Origin: Myxococcota bacterium
GTDB taxonomy: Bacteria > Myxococcota_A > UBA9160 > UBA6930
DNA length: 64,000 nt
NCBI GenBank assembly: GCA_965223415.1
Contig: OZ245002.1
Coordinates: 1,056,001 to 1,120,000 of the forward strand
Direction of reading: 5' to 3'
Part shown: piece by piece, positions 1-9,815 of the stretch
How the letters are laid out: each line of letters begins with the position of its first letter
Position numbering within the stretch: the stretch's first letter is position 1
Position numbers and translations under genes: made by a program
The notes under the pieces: model-generated
Told to the model about the DNA's origin: nothing
Seen by the model: the letters and a program-made list of their open reading frames with translations, nothing else
Database searches by the model: none

Positions 1-818
1 TTGGAGCTGGCGAACTGGGTCAGCACCCTCTTGTCGCTCGTCCAGTTGGTCCAGCGCGCCCGCAGCAGCGACGCGAACAGGGGGTTCGCGAGGATGTAGC
101 GGCCCCCCGGATCCAGCACCGCGACCGCGCCGGAGTAGGAGGCCTTCTGGACCAGGTCGAAGATCACGTCGTAGGTCTTGCCGGCCCGCGTGAAGTCGGT
201 CCTGGCGTAGTCGATCACGTGATCCGCGCCGAGCTCCCGCAGCACGTCGAGCTTCTCGCCGCTGTCGACGGCCGTCACCTCGGCTCCGTAGTGCTTGGCG
301 ATCTGTACGGCCATCACGCCGATGTTGCCGGCGGCGCCGTTGACCAGGACGCGCTCGCCGGCCCGGACCTCGGCCAGGCGCAGGAAGTGGAGCGCGTTGT
401 CGCCTCCGGTCGGGATGCTGGCCGCTTCCGCGTAGCCGAGGTTCCGGGGCATGTGCGTGACGGCGCGCCGGCTCGAGAGACAGGCGTACTCGGCGTGGGC
501 ACCGAAGCCGAAACCGACCGATGCGAAGACCCGATCGCCCGGCTGGAGGCGCGTCACGTCCTTGCCGACCGCCTCGACGTCCCCGGCCAGCTCCTGGCCG
601 AGTACGGGCCAGCGCGGCTTGCGGAGGCCCATGGCCAGCCGCAACGGCAGCCAGAACCAGAGTGGGAACGAGAAGCTGCGCGCCTCGCAGTCCCAGGTTC
701 CGACGGTCGACGCCCGAACCCGCACCAGGACCTGATGGTCCCTGGGCACGGGCTTCTCGACGTCCTCGATCCGGATCACGTCCGGGGATCCGTACTCGTG
801 GTAGACGGCGGCTCGCAT
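1..818 (-). CDS. NAD(P)-dependent alcohol dehydrogenase / quinone oxidoreductase (MDR family), runs off the left edge
   Basis: Manual translation from ATG 818 gives MRAAVYHEYGSPDVIRIEDVEKPVP..., followed by a VLVNGAAGNIG Rossmann motif. Not in the ORF track because it is partial. Confidence 0.85.
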   Translation of the reverse strand, partial: MRAAVYHEYGSPDVIRIEDVEKPVPRDHQVLVRVRASTVGTWDCEARSFSFPLWFWLPLRLAMGLRKPRWPVLGQELAGDVEAVGKDVTRLQPGDRVFASVGFGFGAHAEYACLSSRRAVTHMPRNLGYAEAASIPTGGDNALHFLRLAEVRAGERVLVNGAAGNIGVMAVQIAKHYGAEVTAVDSGEKLDVLRELGADHVIDYARTDFTRAGKTYDVIFDLVQKASYSGAVAVLDPGGRYILANPLFASLLRARWTNWTSDKRVLTQFASS

Positions 819-957
819 CGCGACCTCCCGCTCGGATTTCGAGGTGGAACCCGTCCCGGGCGAGCCCATATTGACACGAAGTCGACCCCGCCTCGGGGGA
901 GGGCCTCGCGAACCCGGCCCTCGCCCGTGAGACGGGAGACTGGGCCCTTCCCCGGAC

Positions 958-2379
958 TCAGGAGGACTCCGCAGGCGTGGTGCCCCGAAGCCCGGGCCCC
1001 TCCCGTCCCGAGGCGCCGATCCAGAGGCCGGTCAGGGTCGAGGCGGCCGCGAGGGCTGCGCCGAGGCCGAAGGCCAGGCCGAACACCGCCGGCTCGGCCA
1101 CACCGCCGTACACGATGGTGAGGGCCGCGATGCCGAAGGACGCGCCTCCCTGGCCGGCGAGTCGATTGGCAGCGGAGGCCACGCCCAGCTCGCTCTCCTC
1201 CACCGAGCGCGCGACGGCGGACGTGATCGAGGGCTGGCTCAGGCCGTGCCCCACGCCCTGCCCCACGAGCCCGATGCCGAAGACGAGAAGATCCGATGTG
1301 TAGGCCCCCCACGCGATCCCGAGGAGCGCCGCCGTCATCACCGCGCCGCCGAAGACGGACGCGGCCCGCTCGCCGAAGCGCTCGCCCATGGAGCCGCCGA
1401 AGGGCGAGGCCATCGTGAGCGACGCCGTGCGCAGCACCATCAGCAGGGAAGCCTGCGTGACCGAGAAGTCGAAGGACTCGTAGAGGAGCAGCGGCGCGAT
1501 CACGAAGGCGCCCATGTAGGCCGCGGAGTTGAAGGCATTCGTCACGAGGGTGGCCGAGAAGCTGCGATCCCGGAACAGCGCGAGCGGCAGCAGTGGGTCG
1601 GGCACCCGCTCCTCGATGCGCGCGAACGCCACCACGCCGAGCGCGCCGACCAAGGCCGCCGTGGGGATCCAGGGCGAGGTGAGGCCGAGCTCGCGCACGC
1701 CTCCGAGCGCCACCATGAAGCCGCCGACTCCCACTGCCAGGGCGAGGGCACCAAGGACGTCGAAGCGCACGCGCAGGGGGCGCGTCTCCCGGAGCACGGC
1801 GTAGGCGACGGCCAGGGCCGCGGCGCTCATCCCCGCCTGGAGCAGGAAGACGAAGCGCCAGCCCAGCCAGTCGACGAGGGGGCCGCCGAGCACGAGCCCC
1901 AGCGCCGGCGCGCCGGCGCCGACCATCGACCACCAGCCCATCGCGCGCACGCGACCGCCCTCGGGGTTGACGGCGAAGAGCAGGGCCATCGAGGTCGGCT
2001 GCGTCGCACCGCCGAGGATGGCCGCGACGGTGCGCAGGCCGATCAGGGAGAAGGCATCCCAGGCGAAGGCCGTGAGCCCGGCGACGACGGTGGCTCCGGC
2101 GAAGCCCCACAGGAAGACGCGGCGGTGGCCATGGAGATCGCCTAGCTTGCCGACCAGCGGAAAGGTCACTGCCGAGAGCAGCATCGGCGCCGTCACCACC
2201 CACGAGAGGGTGGTCTCCCTGCTGCCGAACTCCTCGGCGATCGGGCCGAGGCTGACCGCCAGGATGGTGAACGGGAAGGAGGTGGAGAACATCCCCGCCA
2301 GCACGGCGAAGAGCACCCAGCTCGGGTAGCGGCCCGACGCGTCGAGGCGCGCGAGCCAGGCGTGGCGCCACTCGTTCAC
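958..2379 (-). CDS. MFS transporter (DHA2-like)
   Basis: 473 aa with many TM segments and MFS motif A (GKLGDLHGHRR). Confidence 0.85.
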   Translation of the reverse strand: MNEWRHAWLARLDASGRYPSWVLFAVLAGMFSTSFPFTILAVSLGPIAEEFGSRETTLSWVVTAPMLLSAVTFPLVGKLGDLHGHRRVFLWGFAGATVVAGLTAFAWDAFSLIGLRTVAAILGGATQPTSMALLFAVNPEGGRVRAMGWWSMVGAGAPALGLVLGGPLVDWLGWRFVFLLQAGMSAAALAVAYAVLRETRPLRVRFDVLGALALAVGVGGFMVALGGVRELGLTSPWIPTAALVGALGVVAFARIEERVPDPLLPLALFRDRSFSATLVTNAFNSAAYMGAFVIAPLLLYESFDFSVTQASLLMVLRTASLTMASPFGGSMGERFGERAASVFGGAVMTAALLGIAWGAYTSDLLVFGIGLVGQGVGHGLSQPSITSAVARSVEESELGVASAANRLAGQGGASFGIAALTIVYGGVAEPAVFGLAFGLGAALAAASTLTGLWIGASGREGPGLRGTTPAESS

Positions 2380-2528
2380 GGGCGTTGGCGCGGCTCAGCC
2401 ATGCCAATGGCCCTCGTCCACCAGGATCCGGTGCTCCTCGGCTGGGGCCTCGCGGCGAACTCGCGAATGGCGCCCAGATCGTCGCGCAGCTCGCGGACGG
2501 GCAGGGACGCGCCGATCCGCATCGTCAT
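2376..2528 (-). pseudogene. Possible N-terminal remnant of an LLM-class oxidoreductase
   Basis: Translates as MTMRIGASLPVRELRDDLGAIREFA..., resembling LLM N-termini, then degenerates. Confidence 0.3.
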
Positions 2529-2588
2529 GCGCGGGGGTCCTCACGGCTCTCGGGTCTTGGGTTGCAGGGAGTCGTGATAGCGAATCGG

Positions 2589-3215
2589 CTACAGGCAAGC
2601 CGCCGCGTGGTGCCGCCAGGCCGCAACGAGCCAGTCCGCCGCCCGCTCTTCCATCTTGGGGCTGCGGCGCTCCGCCACCGGCGTCTCGACGAGGATCGCC
2701 GTGAGCGGGTGCACGCCTCCCACTGCCTGCTGCAGCGAGCTCGTGATCGCGCGCACGAACGGGTAGCGCACCGGCTCGTTCGCGTAGATGAACAGGTAGG
2801 CGGCCATCCGGGGAGGCGCCTGGGCGCCGTCCCGCACCACGTGGATCGGAAGCGTGACGTCGCCCACCGTCCGGAGCACGATCTCCTTCTCTTCGGGCTC
2901 CATCTCGTGCTTCATGAGCTTCGCCGGGTTCGAGTACAGGCCCGGGGCATCGAAGGAGCGGACGTACTGGAACTCCAACGCGCGGTGCGGTCCCAACGGC
3001 ACCCGCCCCTCGCTCCACTGGACGACGTCGCCGCCGAGCCGTTCGAGTCGCAGGCCGCGCGCCTCGGTCCCCGCGATGTCGCCGGTGTCGAGGAGCGCCG
3101 CCGGATCGCGACAGGTCTCCGCGCGCCGTGGCTCGAGCTCGTTCCATCCGATCGGGAGCAGCGCAGCCGCGAGGATCGCGAGCAGCGCCAGCCCATGGTT
3201 GCCGGAGATCGTCAC
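2589..3215 (-). CDS. EpsI-like exosortase-associated protein
   Basis: GTG 3215 overlaps the exosortase stop (GTGA). Has an N-terminal anchor and a soluble domain, and lies directly downstream of the exosortase. Confidence 0.65.
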   Translation of the reverse strand: MTISGNHGLALLAILAAALLPIGWNELEPRRAETCRDPAALLDTGDIAGTEARGLRLERLGGDVVQWSEGRVPLGPHRALEFQYVRSFDAPGLYSNPAKLMKHEMEPEEKEIVLRTVGDVTLPIHVVRDGAQAPPRMAAYLFIYANEPVRYPFVRAITSSLQQAVGGVHPLTAILVETPVAERRSPKMEERAADWLVAAWRHHAAACL

Positions 3216-4288
3216 GAGGGCTCGCCTCCCGGCTCGGCGACCGTCGTGCGGTGTCGGCCCCGCACGAGGCTGGACAGGCCGAACTGGCTGACGAGCACCA
3301 GCGCGAAAGTGGCGACGCCCGACCCGACGTGGAGCGGGCTGTCCACCACCCAGTTGCCCCACCAGACGGTCAGCAGCACCAGGACCGTGACCCGCAGGAC
3401 GTTGGCGGCGATGGCCAGCGGAATGGACGCCGCCAGCAGGATGAGCCGTTCGCGATGGCTTCCCGCATAGGCCGACAGGACCATCGCGACGGCGACCGAC
3501 GCGTAGGCGGTGGCGAAGCCGCTGCAGGCGTTCGCCACCACGAACACGTTCTCGGGCATGTGGAGCACTGTCAGGTCCAGGTGCACCGGATACCCGAAGA
3601 AGCGGATGATCGGCTCGACACCCTGGGCTGTGATGGTCCGGAGCGCCAGGTCGCTCGCGAACGTTCGCGGCACGGGGATCATGAGCAGCGACACCACGAA
3701 GGGAACGGCGAGGGTGCGGGTTCGCCGGGTCCCGAGGGTGACCATGCTCAAGCCGGGCAGGAGCACGAAGAGGCCGAGGAGCGAGAGATATCGGGTCCCC
3801 ACCGCCGAGTCGATGACGGCGAGGGCGAGCCCCGCGACCACCAGCACGAGCCCCTTCGCCGAGCTCTCCTCTCGCTCCGGGTGCGGATCCTTCTGGAGGG
3901 CCTGCCAGGCGAGGTACGCGGCGATCGGCGGGACGAAGATCCCGTGTTCATTGCTCCAGAGGCTTCCGGTCCAGTTCTGATACAGCCACGGGAAGATCGG
4001 CACGAAGACCGCGACCGTGCCGAGCAGCGCGAGCACGATCGTGAGCGGCAGCCGGCTCACGTCCGCCTGGACTTCCGCTGCGGGCCCCGGTTCCTGGGAT
4101 CGCCGCCACACGAAGTAGGCCGCGGCCGCGGCGACCCCGATCACCAGCGAGGGCAGCAGGTGGGTCGAGGTCAGCGGGCTCGCGCCGAGAGCGCCGCCGA
4201 TGACGGCAGCGACGACGAGGTCCTGGATCGTTCGGCGGTTCACGGCGTCGACGCCGTGCCTCCTGGTTGCTTCGGGCGGGCCGGTCAT
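3212..4288 (-). CDS. Exosortase (EpsH family)
   Basis: Multi-TM protein with the EHG motif, catalytic Cys in VANACSG, Arg in ANVLRV and His in LHVGSG. Start uncertain; ATG 4288 has an upstream GGAG. Confidence 0.85.
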   Translation of the reverse strand: MTGPPEATRRHGVDAVNRRTIQDLVVAAVIGGALGASPLTSTHLLPSLVIGVAAAAAYFVWRRSQEPGPAAEVQADVSRLPLTIVLALLGTVAVFVPIFPWLYQNWTGSLWSNEHGIFVPPIAAYLAWQALQKDPHPEREESSAKGLVLVVAGLALAVIDSAVGTRYLSLLGLFVLLPGLSMVTLGTRRTRTLAVPFVVSLLMIPVPRTFASDLALRTITAQGVEPIIRFFGYPVHLDLTVLHMPENVFVVANACSGFATAYASVAVAMVLSAYAGSHRERLILLAASIPLAIAANVLRVTVLVLLTVWWGNWVVDSPLHVGSGVATFALVLVSQFGLSSLVRGRHRTTVAEPGGEPS

Positions 4289-4421
4289 CGGCTCTCCACG
4301 TACCATCGGGCATTCCCGATACGACATTGAGGCCCGGCGGGTTTCCGCGGCAGCCCTCGATGATCGCCCGGCCCGGGAACCTCCACAACCGAGCCGGGCG
4401 AGCACAGCGCGAGCGCCGCCC

Positions 4422-5651
4422 TCACGGCTCCCCCCTGGCCCGCTCGGCCGCGCCCCAGAGCTCGAAGCGCTCTTCCAGCGGCGAGAACGAACGGAACAGC
4501 CACAGGGATGCGAGCAGCGCGTGGTTGTACTTCTCCCAGGCCTCGAAGGAGACCATCATCATGAGCGCGCAGGCCAGCAGCAGCCACGAGATGACGTCGA
4601 TGCGGGCGAAGCGCATGAGGGCCAGCCAGGCCAGGACCGAGGCGCCCACCAGGCGGATCGCGTCTCGCAGCGTTTCGCCGAGCGGGCTCAGGAGAAAGAC
4701 CGCCGCTCGGTTGATCGGACCCATCTCGCGGCTCGGGTCGAAGGGCGACAGCAGGAGGTAGGCGACGAGGGTGCCCGCCAAGGCCAGGAGCGCCCGGCGC
4801 GACTGCAGCGCCTGCAGGAAGTGCCAGCGCCGAAAGAGCAGGGTCTCGAAGACCACGAAGTAGGTGCCGATCGTCGTCGCGAAGTAGAGGGCATAGCCGG
4901 GCTTCAGGTTCGCGATCGCGTTGTTGTGCCGGGGCCATTCCTGCGTCCCGGCCTGCGGGCCCAGCCCGCCGAAGAACAGGAACCAGCCGCCGAGGGACGC
5001 GACGGAGAGCGCGACCGGCAACAGCCGTCGCCAGGGCCAGGCGCGAGCGCGCTGCACCAACAGCGGCGTCACCTCCGCCGCCAACAACGCGGCCGGGTAG
5101 GCGACCATGTACTGACGGGTCGCGATGCCCGCCGCGAAGGCCAGGGCGGCCCAGCCGGGCCGCCGATGGGCGTAGAGCCAGGAGCCCAGCATCACCGCGA
5201 GCGTCGCCGGCATGTCCGTGTACACGTGGATGGACAGCGGCAGGTAGTAGGGGAACAGCAGGAGGCCCACGACACAGAGCAGAGGCGCGCGTGATCCGCC
5301 GCGCCAGCGCAGGCCGACCAGGCCCAGGCCCGCCGCCGAGCAGGCGAGCGTGACGAGGCGGGCGCCGGCGACCCCCAGACCGAACCAGCGCTCGAAGACG
5401 CCCCAGAGCAGGAACGACAGGGGCGTCATCGGCTCCTTGTAGTTCTGGAGCTCCACGAGGCCGGGGGGCCAGCGCTCGACGAACCAGACCGTCTGCTCCC
5501 AGAAGTAGACCTCGTCCTTGTGCATCGCGAAGTCGAGCCCGCCCTGGAACGCGACGGTTCCACCGAGAGCGAGCAGGACCAGCCCGAGCAGGAGCCAGGC
5601 GTCCACCCGAATCGCGTCGGGCTCTGCAACCGCCGCCGAATCGCCGCTCAT
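4422..5651 (-). CDS. Polytopic membrane protein, probable GT-C-fold glycosyltransferase
   Basis: Has a DE motif after TM1 (HKDEVYF), YTD and RQ motifs, and about 11 TM segments. Confidence 0.55.
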   Translation of the reverse strand: MSGDSAAVAEPDAIRVDAWLLLGLVLLALGGTVAFQGGLDFAMHKDEVYFWEQTVWFVERWPPGLVELQNYKEPMTPLSFLLWGVFERWFGLGVAGARLVTLACSAAGLGLVGLRWRGGSRAPLLCVVGLLLFPYYLPLSIHVYTDMPATLAVMLGSWLYAHRRPGWAALAFAAGIATRQYMVAYPAALLAAEVTPLLVQRARAWPWRRLLPVALSVASLGGWFLFFGGLGPQAGTQEWPRHNNAIANLKPGYALYFATTIGTYFVVFETLLFRRWHFLQALQSRRALLALAGTLVAYLLLSPFDPSREMGPINRAAVFLLSPLGETLRDAIRLVGASVLAWLALMRFARIDVISWLLLACALMMMVSFEAWEKYNHALLASLWLFRSFSPLEERFELWGAAERARGEP

Positions 5652-5731
5652 GCTTCTTCGCCGATCCCGCGCGCTTGGTTGCTCCAGCCTCCCCCGTTCG
5701 CTTTCCTGTCGGTCGTTCCAGGAAGGGAGAC

Positions 5732-7114
5732 GTGGTGAGCCCGACGACGAAGCGGCTGGGATGGCCGCCTGCTGGGGACCTGGCGGAGGGCCGCGTCGCC
5801 GACCTCTACAGCGATCACCATCTGGGCGGCCTCACGCGCGTCGCGAGCCTGCTCGGCGCCAACGTGGAGGTAATCGGCGTCGACGGCCCGTGGCTGCTGC
5901 GCACCGACGGCTCCCGCCTGCTCGACTGCAACGCGAGCAACGGCGCCATCGCCTTCGGGCACGACCATCCCTCGATTCGCGCTGCGGCGCACCAGGCCGT
6001 CGACGAGTCGAGCCTCGGCTTCCCGGGCCTGCTTCCCTCGCCCGGTGTGGCAACGCTCTGTCACGACCTCGTCGCGATCGCGCCTCCCGGCCTCCAGCGC
6101 GCCGTGCTCTACAACACCGGCGCCGAGGCAATCGAGGGCGCCCTCGTGCTGTCCGCCCTCGCGCGTCCCGGCCGGCCCGTCTACGTGGGCTTCGAGGGGG
6201 GCTTCCACGGTAAGAGCGCCGCGGCACGGGCGGTCGGGGGCATTCCGAACGAGCGCCAGGGTTTCCCGCTCTGGGCCCAGGTGAAGACCCTCCCCTACGG
6301 CGATCTCGACGCCGCGACGAGCTTCCTCGAGAGAGAGGGGAAGCGCGTGGCGGCGGTGGTCGTCGAGCCGATCCAGTCCAACGCGGGCGTGCGGATCGCT
6401 CCGGACGGCTTCCTGCCCGGACTGCGCGAGGTGTGTCGCCAGACCGGCGCGCTGCTCGTGATCGACGAGGTCTCGACGGGCTTCGGCCGCACGGGCGCCA
6501 TGTTCGCCTGCGAGCGGGAATCGGTCACACCGGACCTTCTGTGCGTGGCCAAGGCCCTGAGCGGCGGACTGGTGCCGATCGGTGCGGTGCTGGTCGACGA
6601 GGGCCTCGCCAAGGTGATGGCCAACCCCACGGTCGCCTCGCACTTCTCGACCACCTTCGCCGGCGGACGGCTCGCGACCCGGGTCGCCCTCGAGGTGATC
6701 CGCCTGCTGGTCGAGGAGTCGCTCCCGGAGCGGGCGGCGCGCCTGGGCCAGCAGCTCGAGCAGGGGCTCCTGGAGCTGAAGCAGCGCCATCCGCGTCTGC
6801 TCGTCGACGTGCGCGGGCGCGGGCTGCTGTGGGGCCTGGAGCTGGCCGACCCGGCGACCCTCACCGGCAAGCTGCTCCCTCGAGGGCTGGCGGACTTCGT
6901 CACGACCAAGGTGGGCGGAAGCGTGGCCCTCGCGTTCCAGCGCTACCTGGCCCAGCACCAGGGCGTCCTGGTCGCGCCGACCGCCGCCGACCGCCGGGTC
7001 GTGCGCGTCTTCCCGCCGCTCACCGCCGAGCCCGAAGCGATCGATGCGCTCCTCGCGGGCCTCGACGGGGCGTTGCGGGCCGGACTCCCGGCCTGGGTGA
7101 AGAACCTGGCCTGA
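5732..7114 (+). CDS. Class III PLP-dependent aminotransferase
   Basis: Motifs VVVEPIQS, DEVSTGFGRTG and PLP lysine in AKALSGG. Confidence 0.9.
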   Translation: MVSPTTKRLGWPPAGDLAEGRVADLYSDHHLGGLTRVASLLGANVEVIGVDGPWLLRTDGSRLLDCNASNGAIAFGHDHPSIRAAAHQAVDESSLGFPGLLPSPGVATLCHDLVAIAPPGLQRAVLYNTGAEAIEGALVLSALARPGRPVYVGFEGGFHGKSAAARAVGGIPNERQGFPLWAQVKTLPYGDLDAATSFLEREGKRVAAVVVEPIQSNAGVRIAPDGFLPGLREVCRQTGALLVIDEVSTGFGRTGAMFACERESVTPDLLCVAKALSGGLVPIGAVLVDEGLAKVMANPTVASHFSTTFAGGRLATRVALEVIRLLVEESLPERAARLGQQLEQGLLELKQRHPRLLVDVRGRGLLWGLELADPATLTGKLLPRGLADFVTTKVGGSVALAFQRYLAQHQGVLVAPTAADRRVVRVFPPLTAEPEAIDALLAGLDGALRAGLPAWVKNLA

Positions 7115-7128
7115 CGGCACGGTGCGTC

Positions 7129-8625
7129 CTACGACCCGCCGAGCAGGCTCAGTAGATTGCGGCGGGCGACGGCCATGATCGAGCCCTGCGGGTTCACCGT
7201 CGGTGCCGTCGGGAGCAGGCTGGCGTCGGCCACGTAGAGATCGTCGACGCCGTGCACCCGACCGTCGGAGTCGACGGCGCAGGCCTCCGACTCGCCCATC
7301 GGGCACGACGAAGACAGATGGATCGTCATCAGGTTGGTCCGACCCCGCTGCAGGGTGGCGAGACGGCGGGGCACGTCCTCGACCCGCTCGATGGGCGCGC
7401 CGAGCGACGTGCTGGGATAGAGCGCGTCCGCTCCGGCCGCGAACAGCAGCTCGCAGAGCCGCTGGGTCGCCTCGGCGAGATCCTGCAGGTCCTTCGGGGA
7501 GAGGCGGTAGAGCACCAGCGGATCCGAGAAGCCGGGCACGTTCCGCACCCATCCGCGCCCGCCGGAGGTGCGCGCCGAGTAGATCGCCATGTGCTGCCAC
7601 TCGTCCCGGAGGCGATGGAAGTCGCCCTCGTACTGCAGCATCTCCATGGCCAGATGACTCGGACCGCTGGCCGCGCAGGTGAAGAAGAAGCGCGGCGCGA
7701 AGTGATCCACCGCCGAGGTGGGAACGCCCATGCTGCCGTCGTTGACGACGTCCGGGAAGCGGGCCGTCACCTTCAGCGTCGGCTGCATGGCCAGGGAGTT
7801 GCCGACGTTGCGGCGGATCCCACTGCGGCGCAGCAGGGCCGGCGTGTGGACGGCGCCGCAGGCGACGAAGACCTGCCGTGCGACGATCTCCACCGCGCGC
7901 CGGTCGGCTCCCCGGCCGTGGATGGCCAGGAGCCTCCAGCGCCCCGCCTCCCGCCGCAGGCGCAGGACGCGGGTGTCCGGCGCCAGCCGGGCGCCGTCGT
8001 CGAGGGCCCAGGCCAGGTAGGTGCGCGACATGGAGGCGCGCCGGGCCTCGCCGTCCTGGCTCACGCGATTGCCGTCGTGGAAGGAGGTCGGCGAATCGAG
8101 GGAGCGGAAGCCGAGGCGCGCCGCGCCATCCCGCATCCGCTGGCCCTGGAGCGAAGGAGTGGCCGCCTTCGCGACCCCCAGCTCCTTCTCGATCGACTCG
8201 TAGTGGGGAGCGAGGTCGTCGGGAAGCAGATTCTGGACGCGGAAGGACTCGGTCCACTCCTCGAGGACGGCGTCGGGCGTCCGGTAGATGAGACCGGCGT
8301 TGACCTCGCTCCCGCCACCGACACAGCGGCCTTCCGCGTAGGTGACGCTCGGGTTGCCGAAGGCGACCGTGACGCCGCGGTTGCGGTACTTCTCCTCCAT
8401 CTCCTCGGAGGAGTAGGGGGCGACCGGCGCACGAATGGCGTCCGGGCCCTCCTCGAGGATCAGTACGTCGTGCCCCGCGCCGGCGAGGAGCGATGCCGCA
8501 ACGGCCCCGCCGGGGCCTGAGCCCACGATCGCCGTATCGCATTGCATGCGCGCCTCGGGCCACGCCACGATGCGGGGATGGCGAGACTCCGAAGCTCCTC
8601 CGGCGGGCTGCTCAGGCCCCGGCAT
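7129..8625 (-). CDS. GMC family oxidoreductase
   Basis: Motifs IVGSGPGG, GRCVGGGSEVN and LYVADASLLPTAPTVNP. The real start may be ATG 8547. Confidence 0.88.
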   Translation of the reverse strand: MPGPEQPAGGASESRHPRIVAWPEARMQCDTAIVGSGPGGAVAASLLAGAGHDVLILEEGPDAIRAPVAPYSSEEMEEKYRNRGVTVAFGNPSVTYAEGRCVGGGSEVNAGLIYRTPDAVLEEWTESFRVQNLLPDDLAPHYESIEKELGVAKAATPSLQGQRMRDGAARLGFRSLDSPTSFHDGNRVSQDGEARRASMSRTYLAWALDDGARLAPDTRVLRLRREAGRWRLLAIHGRGADRRAVEIVARQVFVACGAVHTPALLRRSGIRRNVGNSLAMQPTLKVTARFPDVVNDGSMGVPTSAVDHFAPRFFFTCAASGPSHLAMEMLQYEGDFHRLRDEWQHMAIYSARTSGGRGWVRNVPGFSDPLVLYRLSPKDLQDLAEATQRLCELLFAAGADALYPSTSLGAPIERVEDVPRRLATLQRGRTNLMTIHLSSSCPMGESEACAVDSDGRVHGVDDLYVADASLLPTAPTVNPQGSIMAVARRNLLSLLGGS

Positions 8626-8962
8626 GCCCGTACCAGGAGTACACGGTCATGGTCTCGTAGAAGCGGATGAACTCGCGAACGATCGGCAGGCCCCGCCAGG
8701 CCGCGATCTGACGCCAGCGCGCCTCGTGGCCGGCCCGCCGGAAGGACGTGCCGGCGTGCAGCCAGCCCGTGGCGTCGAAGACCAGGGTGAGCAGGTAGAA
8801 GCCCCAGCGCACGTGGTCCGGCATGGCCCCGAGCTGCCCCAGGACGAAGCGCCGGACCTCCTCGCCACGCTCGGCGATCTGGGCCTCCGGTGCGGCGCAT
8901 CGCCCCCGGATGACGGTGTCGCACAGGGCTGCGATCGTCTGCTCCGTCCTGCTGGCTGCCAT
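8612..8962 (-). CDS. Small partner subunit of the GMC oxidoreductase (gluconate 2-dehydrogenase subunit 3-like)
   Basis: Overlaps the GMC gene; size and sequence pattern are typical of such partners. Confidence 0.5.
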   Translation of the reverse strand: MAASRTEQTIAALCDTVIRGRCAAPEAQIAERGEEVRRFVLGQLGAMPDHVRWGFYLLTLVFDATGWLHAGTSFRRAGHEARWRQIAAWRGLPIVREFIRFYETMTVYSWYGHAGA

Positions 8963-9432
8963 TGCCCTCCCCGGAGGTCCGCTGAGGTCCGATTGCAGTC
9001 CTCCCCCGGGCGCACCCGAGCCGGGACCACCGTAAGGTAGGTAGCCTACCCGCTGAGCTGGTGTCATTCGGCACTCTTCGGCGGCGGGAACAGACCCCGA
9101 CTCCCCGAGGGGACGCGAGCCGGCGAGCGGCTTCTAGGGCGAGGATCGGCGCCGTGGAGGAAGAGATCCACGACAAGCGCGGCGGGCAGCTCCGCGAGCG
9201 CGTCGGCCAGCTACGGCCGCTCCCCGATGCTGAGCGAACGCGAGCCCCTGGGAGGTCGAGGAAGGGGGGGCGAGCCGGCCGGGCTCCACGTTGCTGCGGG
9301 CCAGCGAGAAGGCGGGGCTCGTCCCTCGAGCGTTTCGGATGCGCGATTCGCGAGGCGGTCGCACCCCTGCTGCGGGGAGGGTCGCGTGCTCCCGCCGAGG
9401 AGTACTCGCCGCATGCTCTCGAGGTTCTACCG

Positions 9433-9780
9433 ATGCAGCTGTTGTGGGGCGACCTCCACGTCCACAGCTCGTTCGGCTTCGATGCGAACTCGGCGGGCAA
9501 TCTCCGCCTTGAGCCCGCGGCTGCTTGACGTTTCGCGCGCGGCGATGCCGTGGTCGCGAACAGCGGCATGACGGCACGGCTCGAGCAGCCGCTCGACTTC
9601 CTGGTCGTGCCTGATCACCCGGAGTAGTTGGGTCGTCTGCCTGCGGTGCGGTGCGACGACCCGGCGGCCCTCGCCGACCCGGACGCACTTCGACTTCGCG
9701 ATGAACGGAAGGATCCGCTGGGAGGGGGGGGTCGGCATCGTCGCGACGCTGGGCGACCGCATCTCACCGCTTGGTGTTGT
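9433..9780 (+). pseudogene. DUF3604-like (PHP-fold) protein remnant
   Basis: Reads LLWGDLHVHSSFGFDA..AA*RFARG..PLDFLVVPDHPE*LG, with in-frame stops at 9526 and 9625, and is truncated. Confidence 0.7.
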
Positions 9781-9815
9781 GTATCGACTCCGGTCGGGTC
9801 TTCGTTCGCTCGAGC

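Noticed and set aside
5648..8563. Very long ORFs such as 5648-8563 (-), 47996-50773 (-), 48217-50778 (+) and 29723-32008 (-)
   Set aside because: Shadow frames of real genes in high-GC DNA; Arg/Gly/Pro-rich with no motifs.
9526..9627. In-frame TGA and TAG in the DUF3604-like frame as possible Sec/Pyl recoding
   Set aside because: The stops fall where Tyr is expected, there are two different stops, and the gene is truncated, so it is a pseudogene.
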